From: an uncultured Chloroflexia bacterium
GTDB taxonomy: Bacteria; Chloroflexota; Limnocylindria; Limnocylindrales; CSP1-4
Assembly (NCBI GenBank): GCA_963745295.1
Contig: CAVUWG010000003.1
Coordinates: 679,497 to 743,496, forward strand
DNA length: 64,000 bases
Direction of reading: 5' to 3'
Shown: piece after piece, positions 8,203-16,853 of the stretch
How the letters are laid out: every line of letters begins with the position of its first letter
Numbering within the stretch: position 1 is the first letter of the stretch
Made by a program: the position numbers and the translations under genes
The notes under the pieces: model-generated
Told to the model about the DNA's origin: nothing
The model's database searches: none
What the model saw: the letters and a program-made list of their open reading frames with translations, nothing else

Positions 8203-9124
8203 CTACGCCTTGATGTCGGGCTCGTCCGGCAGGAGGGGACGGAGCGACAGCGAGTAGATCTTGCCGTCGTCCGGACCGACGAGGACCATGCCCTGGAAGC
8301 CGCCCTCGAACCCGTCGAACCCGAGCTCCGCGACCTCCGCGGCGGTCAGCGCGCGCTGGGCCATCTGGAAGGCGTTCGGATCGGCCGGGAACGGGAAGTC
8401 GGCCGGCTTGATGTCCTTCCATGGCCACGGCTTCTGGTCGGGCGCGGCGGCGCCCTCCATCAGGATGCCGCGGTAGCGCTCCGGCACGTACTCGTCGGTC
8501 GGTGTCGCGCCGCCGTTGTCGAAGTTGGCGAGCCGATCGGCGAGGCCCTTGAAGGCGGCTCGCGCGAGGGCGTCCGGCATCCCTTCCATCTCGAGACCGA
8601 GCGCGTAGACCGACACGGTCTTCTTGATGCCGCCGGCGTCGACGGTGAAGATCGCGGTCCCGGCGTCCGCGATCATCATGTTCTCGTAGCTCGCGCGCGC
8701 GACGCCGAGGCCGCCGTCGCCGAGGGCGAACGCGAGGACCTCCTGGATCTGCTCCTCGCTCAGCTTGGCGGTGCGGAACGGGTTCTGTGGCATGACCGAC
8801 CCGACCGGCCGGTGGCGTCTCGGCCATCGGGTTGCGGAAGATGATGATCCCGTCGCCGTAGAGGGTGAAGATCGGGGCCTGCGTGGCGATGAACGCGGGC
8901 ATCATGAAGCCGCCGCCCTCCTCGTATCGGAGCAGGACGTCGGTCGTGCCGGTCGCGTGGTCGATCGCGCCGAAGATCCCGCTCGAGGGGCTCGGGGCGC
9001 CGGAGGGAGCGCCCGACGGAGCGTTGGAGGGAGGCCCGGACGACGGGCTGGCGCCGCCGGACGTGCAGGCGGCGACGATGACGATCAGTGCCGGGACCAG
9101 GGCAGAGCGAATCAGGTTAGGCAT
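8203..9124 (-). pseudogene. secreted lipoprotein of unknown function, one frameshift as sequenced
   Basis: ORF 8171..9124 gives the signal peptide and lipobox (ALIVIVAAC) plus ~95 plausible residues. The protein-like continuation (PQNPFRTAKLSEEQIQEVLAF...) is ORF 8203..8793 in another frame. The switch lies at about 8795-8815, inside GGCCGGTCGGGTCGGTC. Confidence 0.7.
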
Positions 9125-9314
9125 GGCCGACCGACGTTCACCTCGGCGACTTGGTTCCCCTTGGACGCCGAAACGCCGATACAGGGCTTGACGGCGCGCG
9201 TATCTTCACGGCTATGAGTTCCGGGTCCCCCAGGCCCGGGCCGACCCGGGCGCGCACCCCCGTCACGCTCGCCCCCGCGCCGGTCCCGACTGCCCCAGGG
9301 CACGGGCCTCTGTT

Positions 9315-9653
9315 GTGGCATCCCGAGCCGAGGAGGGTCCGGAGAGGGTGTACGAGGACCGAAGTCTGACCTGTCGCGATTGTGCCGAGGAATTCACGTT
9401 CTCGGCGGGCGAACAGGCCTTCTACGCCAGCAAGGGGCTGACGAACGACCCGCAACGATGCCCATCGTGCCGGGCCGCCGCCAAGCGGGCTCGCTCGAAC
9501 GAGGGCCCGCGCGAGTTCCACGCCGCGATCTGCGGGGCCTGCGGGGGCCAGGCCATCGTCCCATTCGCGCCACGGAACGACCGCCCTGTCTACTGCAGTT
9601 CGTGTTTCGACAAGGTCCGGGCCGGCACGCTGTCGGTCACGGCGGGCGTCTAG
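9315..9653 (+). CDS. zinc-ribbon protein (four CxxC-type pairs)
   Basis: ORF 9315..9653. Motifs CRDC...CPSCR...CGACG...CSSCF and high GC3. GTG start; the true start may be the GTG ~30 nt downstream. Confidence 0.7.
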   Translation: MASRAEEGPERVYEDRSLTCRDCAEEFTFSAGEQAFYASKGLTNDPQRCPSCRAAAKRARSNEGPREFHAAICGACGGQAIVPFAPRNDRPVYCSSCFDKVRAGTLSVTAGV

Positions 9654-9689
9654 CCCGGGAGCGGCTCGCATCCGATCCGAGCGACCCAC

Positions 9690-9713
9690 GGCCGACCCGG
9701 CAACGGGTCGGCC
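9690..9713 (+). terminator. GC-rich hairpin (terminator-like, no U-tract)
   Basis: GGCCGACCCG-GCAA-CGGGTCGGCC, a 10-bp perfect stem with a GNRA-type loop, lies 37 nt after the zinc-ribbon gene stop. Confidence 0.4.
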
Positions 9714-9785
9714 TCGTGGCATCATGGCGCGGTCAGCGGCCGCGCCGCGAATGGCGCCTGACGACGGCCGTGGCAGGAGCGGGAG

Positions 9786-9998
9786 GTGCCGACCGTGGGC
9801 GTGATCATCATCCGGGAGATGGTCGGGACCAGCCCGAAGTCGTGGAGCGACGCGGCTCGGCAGGCCGTGGCCACGGCGTCGAAGACCGTCCGCAACATCC
9901 AGACGGTCGAGGTCGTGAAGTCGAGCGCGGTCGTCGAGAACGGCGAGATCGTCGAGTACCGCGTCGAGGTCAAGATCGGCTTCGAATACGAGGGCTGA
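9786..9998 (+). CDS. dodecin family flavin-binding protein
   Basis: 70-aa ORF. The EMVGTSPKSWSDAARQAVATASKTVRNIQTVEVV...YRVEVKIGFEYE pattern matches dodecins. A GGAGCGGGAGG RBS lies upstream. Confidence 0.85.
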   Translation: MPTVGVIIIREMVGTSPKSWSDAARQAVATASKTVRNIQTVEVVKSSAVVENGEIVEYRVEVKIGFEYEG

Positions 9999-10028
9999 CC
10001 GGGGCTGACGACGGCGCGTCGGTGGCGA

Positions 10029-11375
10029 TCAGCCGGCCTCGGCGAAGCGTTCGCCGGCGTAGCTGACGAAGCGCGTCTGGCGCTTCTTGAACCACAGGTC
10101 CACCTCGCCGGTGGGTCCGTTGCGGTGCTTCGCGAGCTTGAGCTTGATGACCTCGCCGTCCGCGTCCTGGTCGTCGGAGCGGTCCTTGTCGCGCCACAGG
10201 AACATGACGAGGTCGGCGTCCTGCTCGATGGCGCCCGACTCGCGCAGGTCCGAGAGCCGCGGCTCCTTCGACTCGCGCATCTCCGGCTGACGCGAGAGCT
10301 GCGAGAGCGCGATGACCGGCACATTGAGCTCGCGCGCGAGGGCCTTGAGCCCGCGCGAGATCTCGGAGACTTCCTGGACGCGGTTCGCGTCGCGGTTCGT
10401 GGTGGTCGCCTGCATCAGCTGGAGGTAGTCGACGATGACGAGGTCCAGGCCCGCCTCCGCCTGGAGGCGGCGCGCCTTCGTGCGCAACTCCATCGCCGTG
10501 ATGTTCGGCGTGTCATCGATGTACATGGGCGCTTCGGAGAGGGCGTTCATGGCCGGCGCGATCCGGGCGAAGTCGAGCTCCTCGAGGAAGCCGGTCCGGA
10601 GGCGCTGCGAGTCGATGTTGGCGACGCTCGAGAGCAGGCGCAGGACGAGCTGCTCCTTGCTCATCTCGAGGCTGAACACTCCGACGCTCCGTCGCTCCTT
10701 CACCGCCGCGTACTCGGCGATGTTGAGGGCGAGGCTCGTCTTGCCGACCGACGGTCGAGCCGCGAGGACGATCAGGTCGCTCTTCTGCAGGCCTGTCGTC
10801 AGCGTGTCGAGGTCCGTGAAGCCGGTGCGGACGCCACTGATCTCGCCGCGATGGGCGTGGAGGTAGTCCAGGCGGTCGTAGGCGTCGTGGAGGAGGGCCT
10901 TCAGGGCGCTGAACCCGACGTCGACCCGCTTCTGGCTGACCGCGAACAGCTCGGCTTCGGCGCGATCGATCGCCTCGCTGATCTCGGCGGGGTCCTCGTA
11001 GCCGATACCGGCGATCCGGCCGGCCGCCCCGATGAGGTTGCGGAGCACGGCCTTGCGCTCGACGATCCGGGCGTACTGGGCGGCGTGGACGGCAGTGGGC
11101 GTCTCGTTCGACAGGCTCGAGAGATAGGCACGCCCGCCGATCGCGTCGAGCTCCTCACGCCGTTCGAGCGCCTCGGCGACGGTCACGATGTCGATGGGCT
11201 CGCGCCGCTCGAAGAGGTCGAGGATGGCCGCGTAGATCCGCCCGTTGGCCTGGCGGTAGAAGTCCTCGGCGCGGAGGAACTCGGCCACCTCGATGACCGC
11301 GTCGCGATCGATGAGGATGGCGCCCAGGACCGACTGCTCGGCCTCGAGACTCTGGGGCGGCAGGCGGTCGATCAT
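10029..11375 (-). CDS. dnaB: replicative DNA helicase DnaB
   Basis: 448-aa ORF. N-terminal PPQSLEAEQSVLGAIL, Walker A ARPSVGKTSLAL, then IVDYLQLM and RELNVPVIALSQLSR. GGGAG RBS. Confidence 0.97.
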   Translation of the reverse strand: MIDRLPPQSLEAEQSVLGAILIDRDAVIEVAEFLRAEDFYRQANGRIYAAILDLFERREPIDIVTVAEALERREELDAIGGRAYLSSLSNETPTAVHAAQYARIVERKAVLRNLIGAAGRIAGIGYEDPAEISEAIDRAEAELFAVSQKRVDVGFSALKALLHDAYDRLDYLHAHRGEISGVRTGFTDLDTLTTGLQKSDLIVLAARPSVGKTSLALNIAEYAAVKERRSVGVFSLEMSKEQLVLRLLSSVANIDSQRLRTGFLEELDFARIAPAMNALSEAPMYIDDTPNITAMELRTKARRLQAEAGLDLVIVDYLQLMQATTTNRDANRVQEVSEISRGLKALARELNVPVIALSQLSRQPEMRESKEPRLSDLRESGAIEQDADLVMFLWRDKDRSDDQDADGEVIKLKLAKHRNGPTGEVDLWFKKRQTRFVSYAGERFAEAG

Positions 11376-11527
11376 GGGCTCCCAGCGTGACGTCGGGTCG
11401 TGACACCTCCACTGTCACGCCCGGGCGCCGCAACAAGAAGGGCCTTATCCCCCAACTCCGTCCACGAAGTCATCACCACGCGTCGGTCGGTGTGGAAACG
11501 CTGTGGACGAGACCTGAACTGAGAATT

Positions 11528-11641
11528 GGCGGCTAGGGCGGTTCAGAGCAATGCGCCTGGCGAGTACGTGAGCGAGCGCACTGAACGTGCGTGAGCGAAC
11601 GGCGGAGGCTGGCAACGCAGCGCTGGGCCGCCCTAGCCGCC
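11528..11641. repeat. 114-nt imperfect palindromic element (long hairpin)
   Basis: Perfect 14-bp arms GGCGGCTAGGGCGG (11528-11541) and CCGCCCTAGCCGCC (11628-11641). Inner pairing is GTTCAG/CTGAAC and TGCGC/GCGCA. CGTGAGCGA occurs twice inside. The element ends 1 nt from the lexA stop. Confidence 0.5.
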
Positions 11642-11642
11642 G

Positions 11643-12293
11643 CTAGTCGAGCTTGCGGATGACGCCGATGAGCTTGCCTTGGATGCGGACATCGTCATAG
11701 AACTGGGCGGGGTAGGCCGGGTTGGCCGGCTGGAGTCGGATCTTGTCCTTCTCCTTGAAGAAGCGCTTGAGGGTGACCGCGTTCTCCTCGACCTGGGCGA
11801 CGACGATGTCGCCGTTGCGGGCCGTGGTCTGGGGCCGGATGAGGACGAAGTCGCCGTCCGCGATGTGGGCCTCGATCATCGAGTCGCCGCGGACCTTGAG
11901 GACGTACGCGTCGCCGCTGGGGGCCAGCAGGTCCGGCACGGCCATCGTCTCGGACGCGTCCTGATAGGCCTCGATGGGACCGCCGGCGGCGATCTCGCCG
12001 ATCACCGGCAGCACGCGTGAGTCGGCCGACGTGGCCTGTGGGACGAGCTCGCTCGAGAGCCCTAGGCGGATGGCCGCCGTGGGTGTCAATCGGATCGCGC
12101 GCGACTGTGCCGCCCCTCGCTCCAGGTAGCCCTCGCGCTCGAGGATCTGGAGGTGATGGTGGACGGCCGATGTGGAGGCAAGACCGACCGCACGGGCGAT
12201 CTCGCGAACCGACGGCGGATAGCCCCGGGCGCGCAGCGTCGCCGCGATGAAGTCGAGGATCTTGACCTTGCGCTCGGCGTCGTGTTTGGTCAC
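11643..12293 (-). CDS. lexA: LexA repressor
   Basis: ORF 11643..12605 contains LexA: ILDFIAATLRARGYPPSVREIA, an AG cleavage-site region, and the Ser/Lys peptidase part (GDSM...VVAQ...LKR). Start set at GTG 12293, 5 nt after AAGGAGG (12305-12299). The upstream ATGs at 12317/12314 lie inside the -10 element. Confidence 0.92.
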   Translation of the reverse strand: MTKHDAERKVKILDFIAATLRARGYPPSVREIARAVGLASTSAVHHHLQILEREGYLERGAAQSRAIRLTPTAAIRLGLSSELVPQATSADSRVLPVIGEIAAGGPIEAYQDASETMAVPDLLAPSGDAYVLKVRGDSMIEAHIADGDFVLIRPQTTARNGDIVVAQVEENAVTLKRFFKEKDKIRLQPANPAYPAQFYDDVRIQGKLIGVIRKLD

Positions 12294-12312
12294 TCGCGCC
12301 TCCTTGCCGCCC

Positions 12313-12340
12313 ATCATACCGAACGGACGTTCGATGTCAA
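12313..12340 (-). promoter_or_regulatory. lexA promoter
   Basis: On the minus strand: TTGACA (12340-12335), 16 nt, TATGAT (12318-12313). The SOS box fills the spacer. Confidence 0.65.
12320..12333. promoter_or_regulatory. LexA operator (Cheo/SOS box)
   Basis: Perfect palindrome CGAAC-GGAC-GTTCG, matching the Gram-positive/actinobacterial GAAC-N4-GTTC consensus, directly upstream of lexA. Confidence 0.85.
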
Positions 12341-12435
12341 GCCGGGCACGGACGACGCCTATCCTGTGGCGCGGTCGAACGCTGGTAGACTCCGGCTCCC
12401 GCGTGCGGGCACCACGATCGAGGAGAAGGACCGGG

Positions 12436-12972
12436 ATGGCAAAGGGCGGCTCGAACGGCAGTTCGAAGGCGAAGGGCTCGGGTCGGGCCAGCGTCGCCGG
12501 CATGACCTTCGGCCGCGCCCTGTCGCTCATGGCCTTCCTGCCGGTCGCGAGCCGCATCCCGATGTACGCCCGCCTGGTCACCGCACTCGCCATGGACGAC
12601 CGCATGCCGGCTGCCCGAAAGGCCGTGCTGGCCGGCGCAGCTGGCTACCTCGTCCTTGGCAAGGACCTGATCCCCGACAACGTCCCGATCATCGGCGGCC
12701 TCGACGACCTCGTCGTCGTGGTCCTGGCGGTCGATCTCTTCATCGACGGGGCGCCCGAGGACCTGCTCCGCGAGAAGCTCGACGAGCTCGGCATCCCGCG
12801 GAGCGAATTCGAGCGCGACATCGCGCAGATCCGGCGCTTGACGCCGAGCGCCGTCCGGCGGAGCATCCGCCGGATCCCGACGGTCATCGCATCCGCCGGG
12901 GACACCATGAAGCAATTCGGTCTGGGACCGCGCGTGCGGTCCTGGATCTCCAGGGAGGATCCCATCGCGTGA
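12436..12972 (+). CDS. DUF1232 (YkvA-like) membrane protein
   Basis: Internal ATG 12436 of ORF 12247..12972, after GAGGAGAAGGA. Family-typical motif DLIPDNVPIIGGLDDLVVVVLAV. Divergent from lexA. Its stop overlaps the rplI start (GTGA). Confidence 0.8.
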   Translation: MAKGGSNGSSKAKGSGRASVAGMTFGRALSLMAFLPVASRIPMYARLVTALAMDDRMPAARKAVLAGAAGYLVLGKDLIPDNVPIIGGLDDLVVVVLAVDLFIDGAPEDLLREKLDELGIPRSEFERDIAQIRRLTPSAVRRSIRRIPTVIASAGDTMKQFGLGPRVRSWISREDPIA

Positions 12973-13415
12973 AGGTCATCCTGACAAGTGACGTGGACAA
13001 GCTCGGGAAGAGCGGAGAGATGAAGTCGGTGGCCGACGGGTTCGCCACGAACTTCCTGATCCCGCAGCGGCTGGCCGTGCCCGCGGCCGGCGGCGCCTAT
13101 CGCGCGTGGCAGCACGACGTGGCGAGCCGCGAGGACAAGCGCAAGCGCGAGCGTGAAGACGCCGAGATCGCCGCGACCCGGATCGGCAGCACGACGCTGA
13201 CGATGGGCGTGAAGGTCGGCGAGGGCGGCAAGCTCTACGGCTCGATCACCTCCAAGGACATCGCCGACGCGCTCGCCCGTCGCGGCATCGAGATCGATCG
13301 CCACAAGATCGACCTCGAGGAGCCGCTCAAGTCGCTCGGGACGTACAAGGTGGCCGTCAAGGTCTACTCGGGCATGACGCCCGAGGTCACGATCATCGTC
13401 GAGCCGAAGGGCTGA
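12969..13415 (+). CDS. rplI: 50S ribosomal protein L9
   Basis: Last 148 codons of ORF 12153..13415: VKVILTSDVDKLGKSGEMKSVADGFATNFLIPQRLAV...SITSKDIADAL. GTG start at 12969. Confidence 0.93.
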   Translation: MKVILTSDVDKLGKSGEMKSVADGFATNFLIPQRLAVPAAGGAYRAWQHDVASREDKRKREREDAEIAATRIGSTTLTMGVKVGEGGKLYGSITSKDIADALARRGIEIDRHKIDLEEPLKSLGTYKVAVKVYSGMTPEVTIIVEPKG

Positions 13416-15407
13416 TCAGGGCGGGTCCAACCGCCAGACGCGCACGCCCTCGTCCTCGAAAACGGGCACGAATCGCTCGCTCGAGTCGAAATCGGTCGGG
13501 TCCAGGTCGTCGCATTCGAGCGCCCCGCCGCTCGACAGCACGTACGTCGCCCCGTACCGCTCCATGATCCCGGCGGCGGCCTCCGGGCCGTCGCAGTAGG
13601 CCGCGTCGATGTCCGCTTCACGCGGTCCCGGGTCGTAGCCGAGGTTCGACACGTACGGCCCGAAGGTCGTGATCCGCATCCGTCCGGCGAGGTCGACCGG
13701 GCTGTTGATGAACGCGTCGGTGAGGAACACGCTTCGATCGGGCGTGTTGGTCTCGATCCAGCGAGCCGCTCGCTCCTGTGCCAGCGACATCGTCACCGGA
13801 CTGCTGGTGGCGTGCCACACCGCGATGAGTGCCGGCGAGATCGAGCACGCAACGAGCACTGCGGCGATGACGGGACGCGGCCAGCGCCGGATGAGCCAGG
13901 CGGCCAGGATCGCGACCGGGATCCACATCATCTGGAAGTACTTGTTCATGTCGAAGTCGACCGCGCTGAGAACGATGACGTTGGGGATCACGAAGAGCGC
14001 GACGAGCCACGCGACGAGGAACCGGCGGCCCGGCAGCCCGCGGGCCGCCAGGGCCGCGACGAGCGCCAGCGCGAAGGGGATCCCGAGGTTCGTCGCGTAG
14101 AAGAACACGACGGCCAGTGGACCCTGGCCGAAGCGCGCCTCGCTCCAGCCCGCGGTGAACCGGAACGCGCCGGCCTGGCTCTGCTGGAAGACCGCTTCCG
14201 CGATGAACGGGACGGCCAGGATCAGCGGCCCGAGGAAGAGGGCCGCGTCCCGGCGAGCCGTCGGAGCCCGCCAGGCGCCGGTCGTCACGACATACAGGCC
14301 GACGATCAGGTAGGTCGCCGGGAACGCATAGAACTGGAATGGCGCCAGGAGCGCCGCGATGAGGCCAGCCAGGAGCACGCCGGCGGGCCGCCGTCCGAGG
14401 CACGCGATCACCAGCAGCACCGCGGCGACCAGCCCCGGGAGTCCGAGCGTCGAGGCGCGATGGGGCAGGAAGGCCGTGCCTAGCACCGATGCGATCCGGA
14501 AGAACGGCCAGCCGTCCTCCCAGCTGTTGTCGTACGGGTACTGGGCCAGGAGCCCCGCGACGTCGGGGTTGCCCGCCAGCACGTCACCGACGAGGCGCAT
14601 CCAGCCCATCCCGCCGCCAAGGCAGGCCAGGATGGCGGCGATCGCAGCGACCCGGCGGTCGCCGGTCACGCGCAACGCCAGGGTCCAGACGAGGAGCGCC
14701 ATGACCGAGGCGAAGACCGCGCTCGTCGCGAAGTAGACCGCGATCAGGTCGATGCCCGCCACGCTCGCCGCGATCGCCCCGTGGAGGTCGGCGAACCAGT
14801 GATACGTCAGCGGCGTCCCGGCGAAATAGGGGACCTCCGGCGGGAAGTTCCCGTGCACGATGCTCGCGCCGATCGCGACGTGGACCAGCAGGTCGCTCCA
14901 GTTCCAGCCGCCCGACACCCAACCGTCGGGCGTCTCGCGCCAGCCGTTCGCGAACAGCACGACCGCGACGAGCAGGCCGAATCCGGCGGCGATCAGCCAG
15001 GCGGCGGCGTCAGTGCGGATCGTCGCGCGCATCCCGCCGAGTGATGGGCGCCCGACGGGTGCCAGCCACGGATGCCGGATCGCGGCCATGGCCACCGTGC
15101 CCAGCACGATCAACACGGTGGCGACGAGGATCGACGGCCGATCGAACCCGCCGACGCGCGCGACGAGATCGACCACGTGGGCCGACAGGTACGCGCTCAC
15201 GACGACGGCCACGCCGACCTGGCCCGGGGCCGGCAGGTCCGGCACGACACGCCGGACGATGACCCAGCCCGGGACGGCGAACAGGATCGGCCACACGAGG
15301 ACGATGGACGCGACGGGCACCGCCCACGCGACGACGGCCCCGCCGATCAGGGCGATGGCGAGGGCGGCGACACCACGCCCCGCGACCCCGCCGGCAGAGG
15401 CTTCCAC
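13416..15407 (-). CDS. large polytopic membrane protein, probable GT-C-type glycosyltransferase
   Basis: ORF 13416..15524. At least 12 TM helices plus a ~150-aa C-terminal soluble domain. Family call is tentative. Start placed at GTG 15407 to avoid overlapping the dinB start; uncertain. Confidence 0.6.
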   Translation of the reverse strand: MEASAGGVAGRGVAALAIALIGGAVVAWAVPVASIVLVWPILFAVPGWVIVRRVVPDLPAPGQVGVAVVVSAYLSAHVVDLVARVGGFDRPSILVATVLIVLGTVAMAAIRHPWLAPVGRPSLGGMRATIRTDAAAWLIAAGFGLLVAVVLFANGWRETPDGWVSGGWNWSDLLVHVAIGASIVHGNFPPEVPYFAGTPLTYHWFADLHGAIAASVAGIDLIAVYFATSAVFASVMALLVWTLALRVTGDRRVAAIAAILACLGGGMGWMRLVGDVLAGNPDVAGLLAQYPYDNSWEDGWPFFRIASVLGTAFLPHRASTLGLPGLVAAVLLVIACLGRRPAGVLLAGLIAALLAPFQFYAFPATYLIVGLYVVTTGAWRAPTARRDAALFLGPLILAVPFIAEAVFQQSQAGAFRFTAGWSEARFGQGPLAVVFFYATNLGIPFALALVAALAARGLPGRRFLVAWLVALFVIPNVIVLSAVDFDMNKYFQMMWIPVAILAAWLIRRWPRPVIAAVLVACSISPALIAVWHATSSPVTMSLAQERAARWIETNTPDRSVFLTDAFINSPVDLAGRMRITTFGPYVSNLGYDPGPREADIDAAYCDGPEAAAGIMERYGATYVLSSGGALECDDLDPTDFDSSERFVPVFEDEGVRVWRLDPP

Positions 15408-15416
15408 AGCGGGTCG

Positions 15417-16740
15417 ATGATAGCGAGCGTGCCCGACCGGACGATCCTCCACGTCGACCTCGACGCGTTCTTCGCGTCCGTCGAGCAGCGCGACCACCCG
15501 GAGCTCCGCGGCCGGCCCGGTCATCGTCGGTGGTGGCGGGCCCGACCAGCGGGGCGTGGTGTCGGCGGCCAGCTATGAGGCACGGCGGTTCGGGGTCCAC
15601 TCGGCGATGTCGCTGCGCGAGGCCGGCCGACGCTGTCCCGATGGGGTGTTCGTGCCGGTCGACGGCCGGCGGTACCAACAGGCCAGCCGTGACGTGATGG
15701 CCGTCCTTCGCCGGTTCACGCCGCTCGTCGAACCGATCTCGATCGACGAGGCGTTCCTCGACGTGACGGCGACGGCGAACCTCTTCGGCGACGGTCCGAC
15801 GATCGCGCGCCGGATCAAGGACGAGGTGCGTGCCGACGTCGGGTTGACCGTGTCGGTCGGTGTCGCGACGACGAAGCTCGTGGCCAAGGTCGCGTCCGAC
15901 CTTCGCAAGCCAGACGGTCTGGTCGTCGTGCCGCCGGGTGAGGAGGCGGCCTTCCTCGCGCCACTCCCAATCTCACGGTTGTGGGGCGTCGGCGAGCGAA
16001 CCGGCCTCGCCCTGGCCGACTACGGGGTCCGAACGATCGGCGATCTCGCGGCGCTTCCGGAGGACGTCGTCGTCCGCCGGTTCGGCAAGTTCGGAGCGTC
16101 CCTCGTCGGACGTGCTCGCGGCTTCGACGCCGATCCGGTCCATGACGGCGACCCGGCGAAGTCGGTCGGCCACGAGCACACGTTCGACGTCGACACCAAC
16201 GACCGCGACACGATCGAGCGGACCCTGCTCGGGATGGCCGACGGCGTCGCCGCACGATTGCGTTCCGCCGGGGTCCGGGCCGGCACCGTGGCCGTCAAGA
16301 TCCGCGACTCGTCGTTCCGGACGATCACCCGGCAACGCACGCTGGCCGAGCCGACCGACATGACCGAGCCGATCTACCGGGCGGCGCTCGAGCTGGCTCG
16401 CCCGGAAGTGCGCGGGATCCGGGTTCGGCTGCTGGGCGTGACCGCGTCGAACCTGGGGGACCGGGAACAGCTCTCGATGTTCAGCGACGAGGATCCCCGC
16501 CGGCGGCGGGCCACGGCCGCGGCCGATGCCGTCCGCCGGCGCTACGGCGACGACGCGGTCACCCGCGCTCGTCTGTTGGGTGCCGGGCTGCCTGCGCCGT
16601 TCGAGCGGGATCCGCGCAATCCGCTGGACCGGCGCGCCCGCGGCGTCCCGAGCGATCCGGACGTCCCCGAACTCGATCCGGACGGCCGTGACACCCGAGC
16701 TGTCACGGATGCCGACGACATTCCCGACGACGAGCCTTGA
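15417..16740 (+). pseudogene. dinB: DNA polymerase IV (Y-family), one +1 frameshift as sequenced
   Basis: The N-terminus [34 protein letters not shown] is the tail of ORF 15072..15578. The remainder ([18 protein letters not shown]...) is ORF 15556..16740. One extra G lies in CGG-CCC-[G]GTC-ATC at about 15520. Confidence 0.9.
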
Positions 16741-16766
16741 CATCGAACACCTGTTCGGTCTAGTCT
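16737..16766 (+). promoter_or_regulatory. LexA-controlled promoter
   Basis: TTGACA (16737-16742, overlapping the dinB stop), 18 nt, TAGTCT (16761-16766). The layout TTGACAtCGAAC-N4-GTTCGG is the same as at lexA. Confidence 0.65.
16744..16757. promoter_or_regulatory. LexA operator (SOS box 1)
   Basis: Perfect palindrome CGAAC-ACCT-GTTCG inside the promoter spacer. Confidence 0.85.
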
Positions 16767-16777
16767 CGCGTCGTAAT

Positions 16778-16791
16778 CGAACAGACGTTCT
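16778..16791. promoter_or_regulatory. LexA operator (SOS box 2)
   Basis: CGAAC-AGAC-GTTCT, with a full GAAC-N4-GTTC core, lies 12 nt downstream of the -10. Confidence 0.75.
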
Positions 16792-16853
16792 GTCGGACGC
16801 GTGCCCCGGACGACACAGGACCCAGCGAACTGCCCCCGAGAAGGAGCCATCCG

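Noticed and set aside
12294-12605. 104-codon N-terminal extension of lexA (ORF start 12605), and the ATGs at 12317/12314
   Set aside because: The extension would read through lexA's own operator and promoter and has no LexA-like sequence. The two ATGs form part of the -10 hexamer (TATGAT). GTG 12293 has an AAGGAGG SD and yields a canonical LexA N-terminus.
15300-15417. Expected SOS box upstream of dinB
   Set aside because: No GAAC-N4-GTTC-like sequence occurs in the ~100 nt upstream of the dinB start. The two boxes near dinB lie after its stop and belong to the downstream 90-aa ORF.
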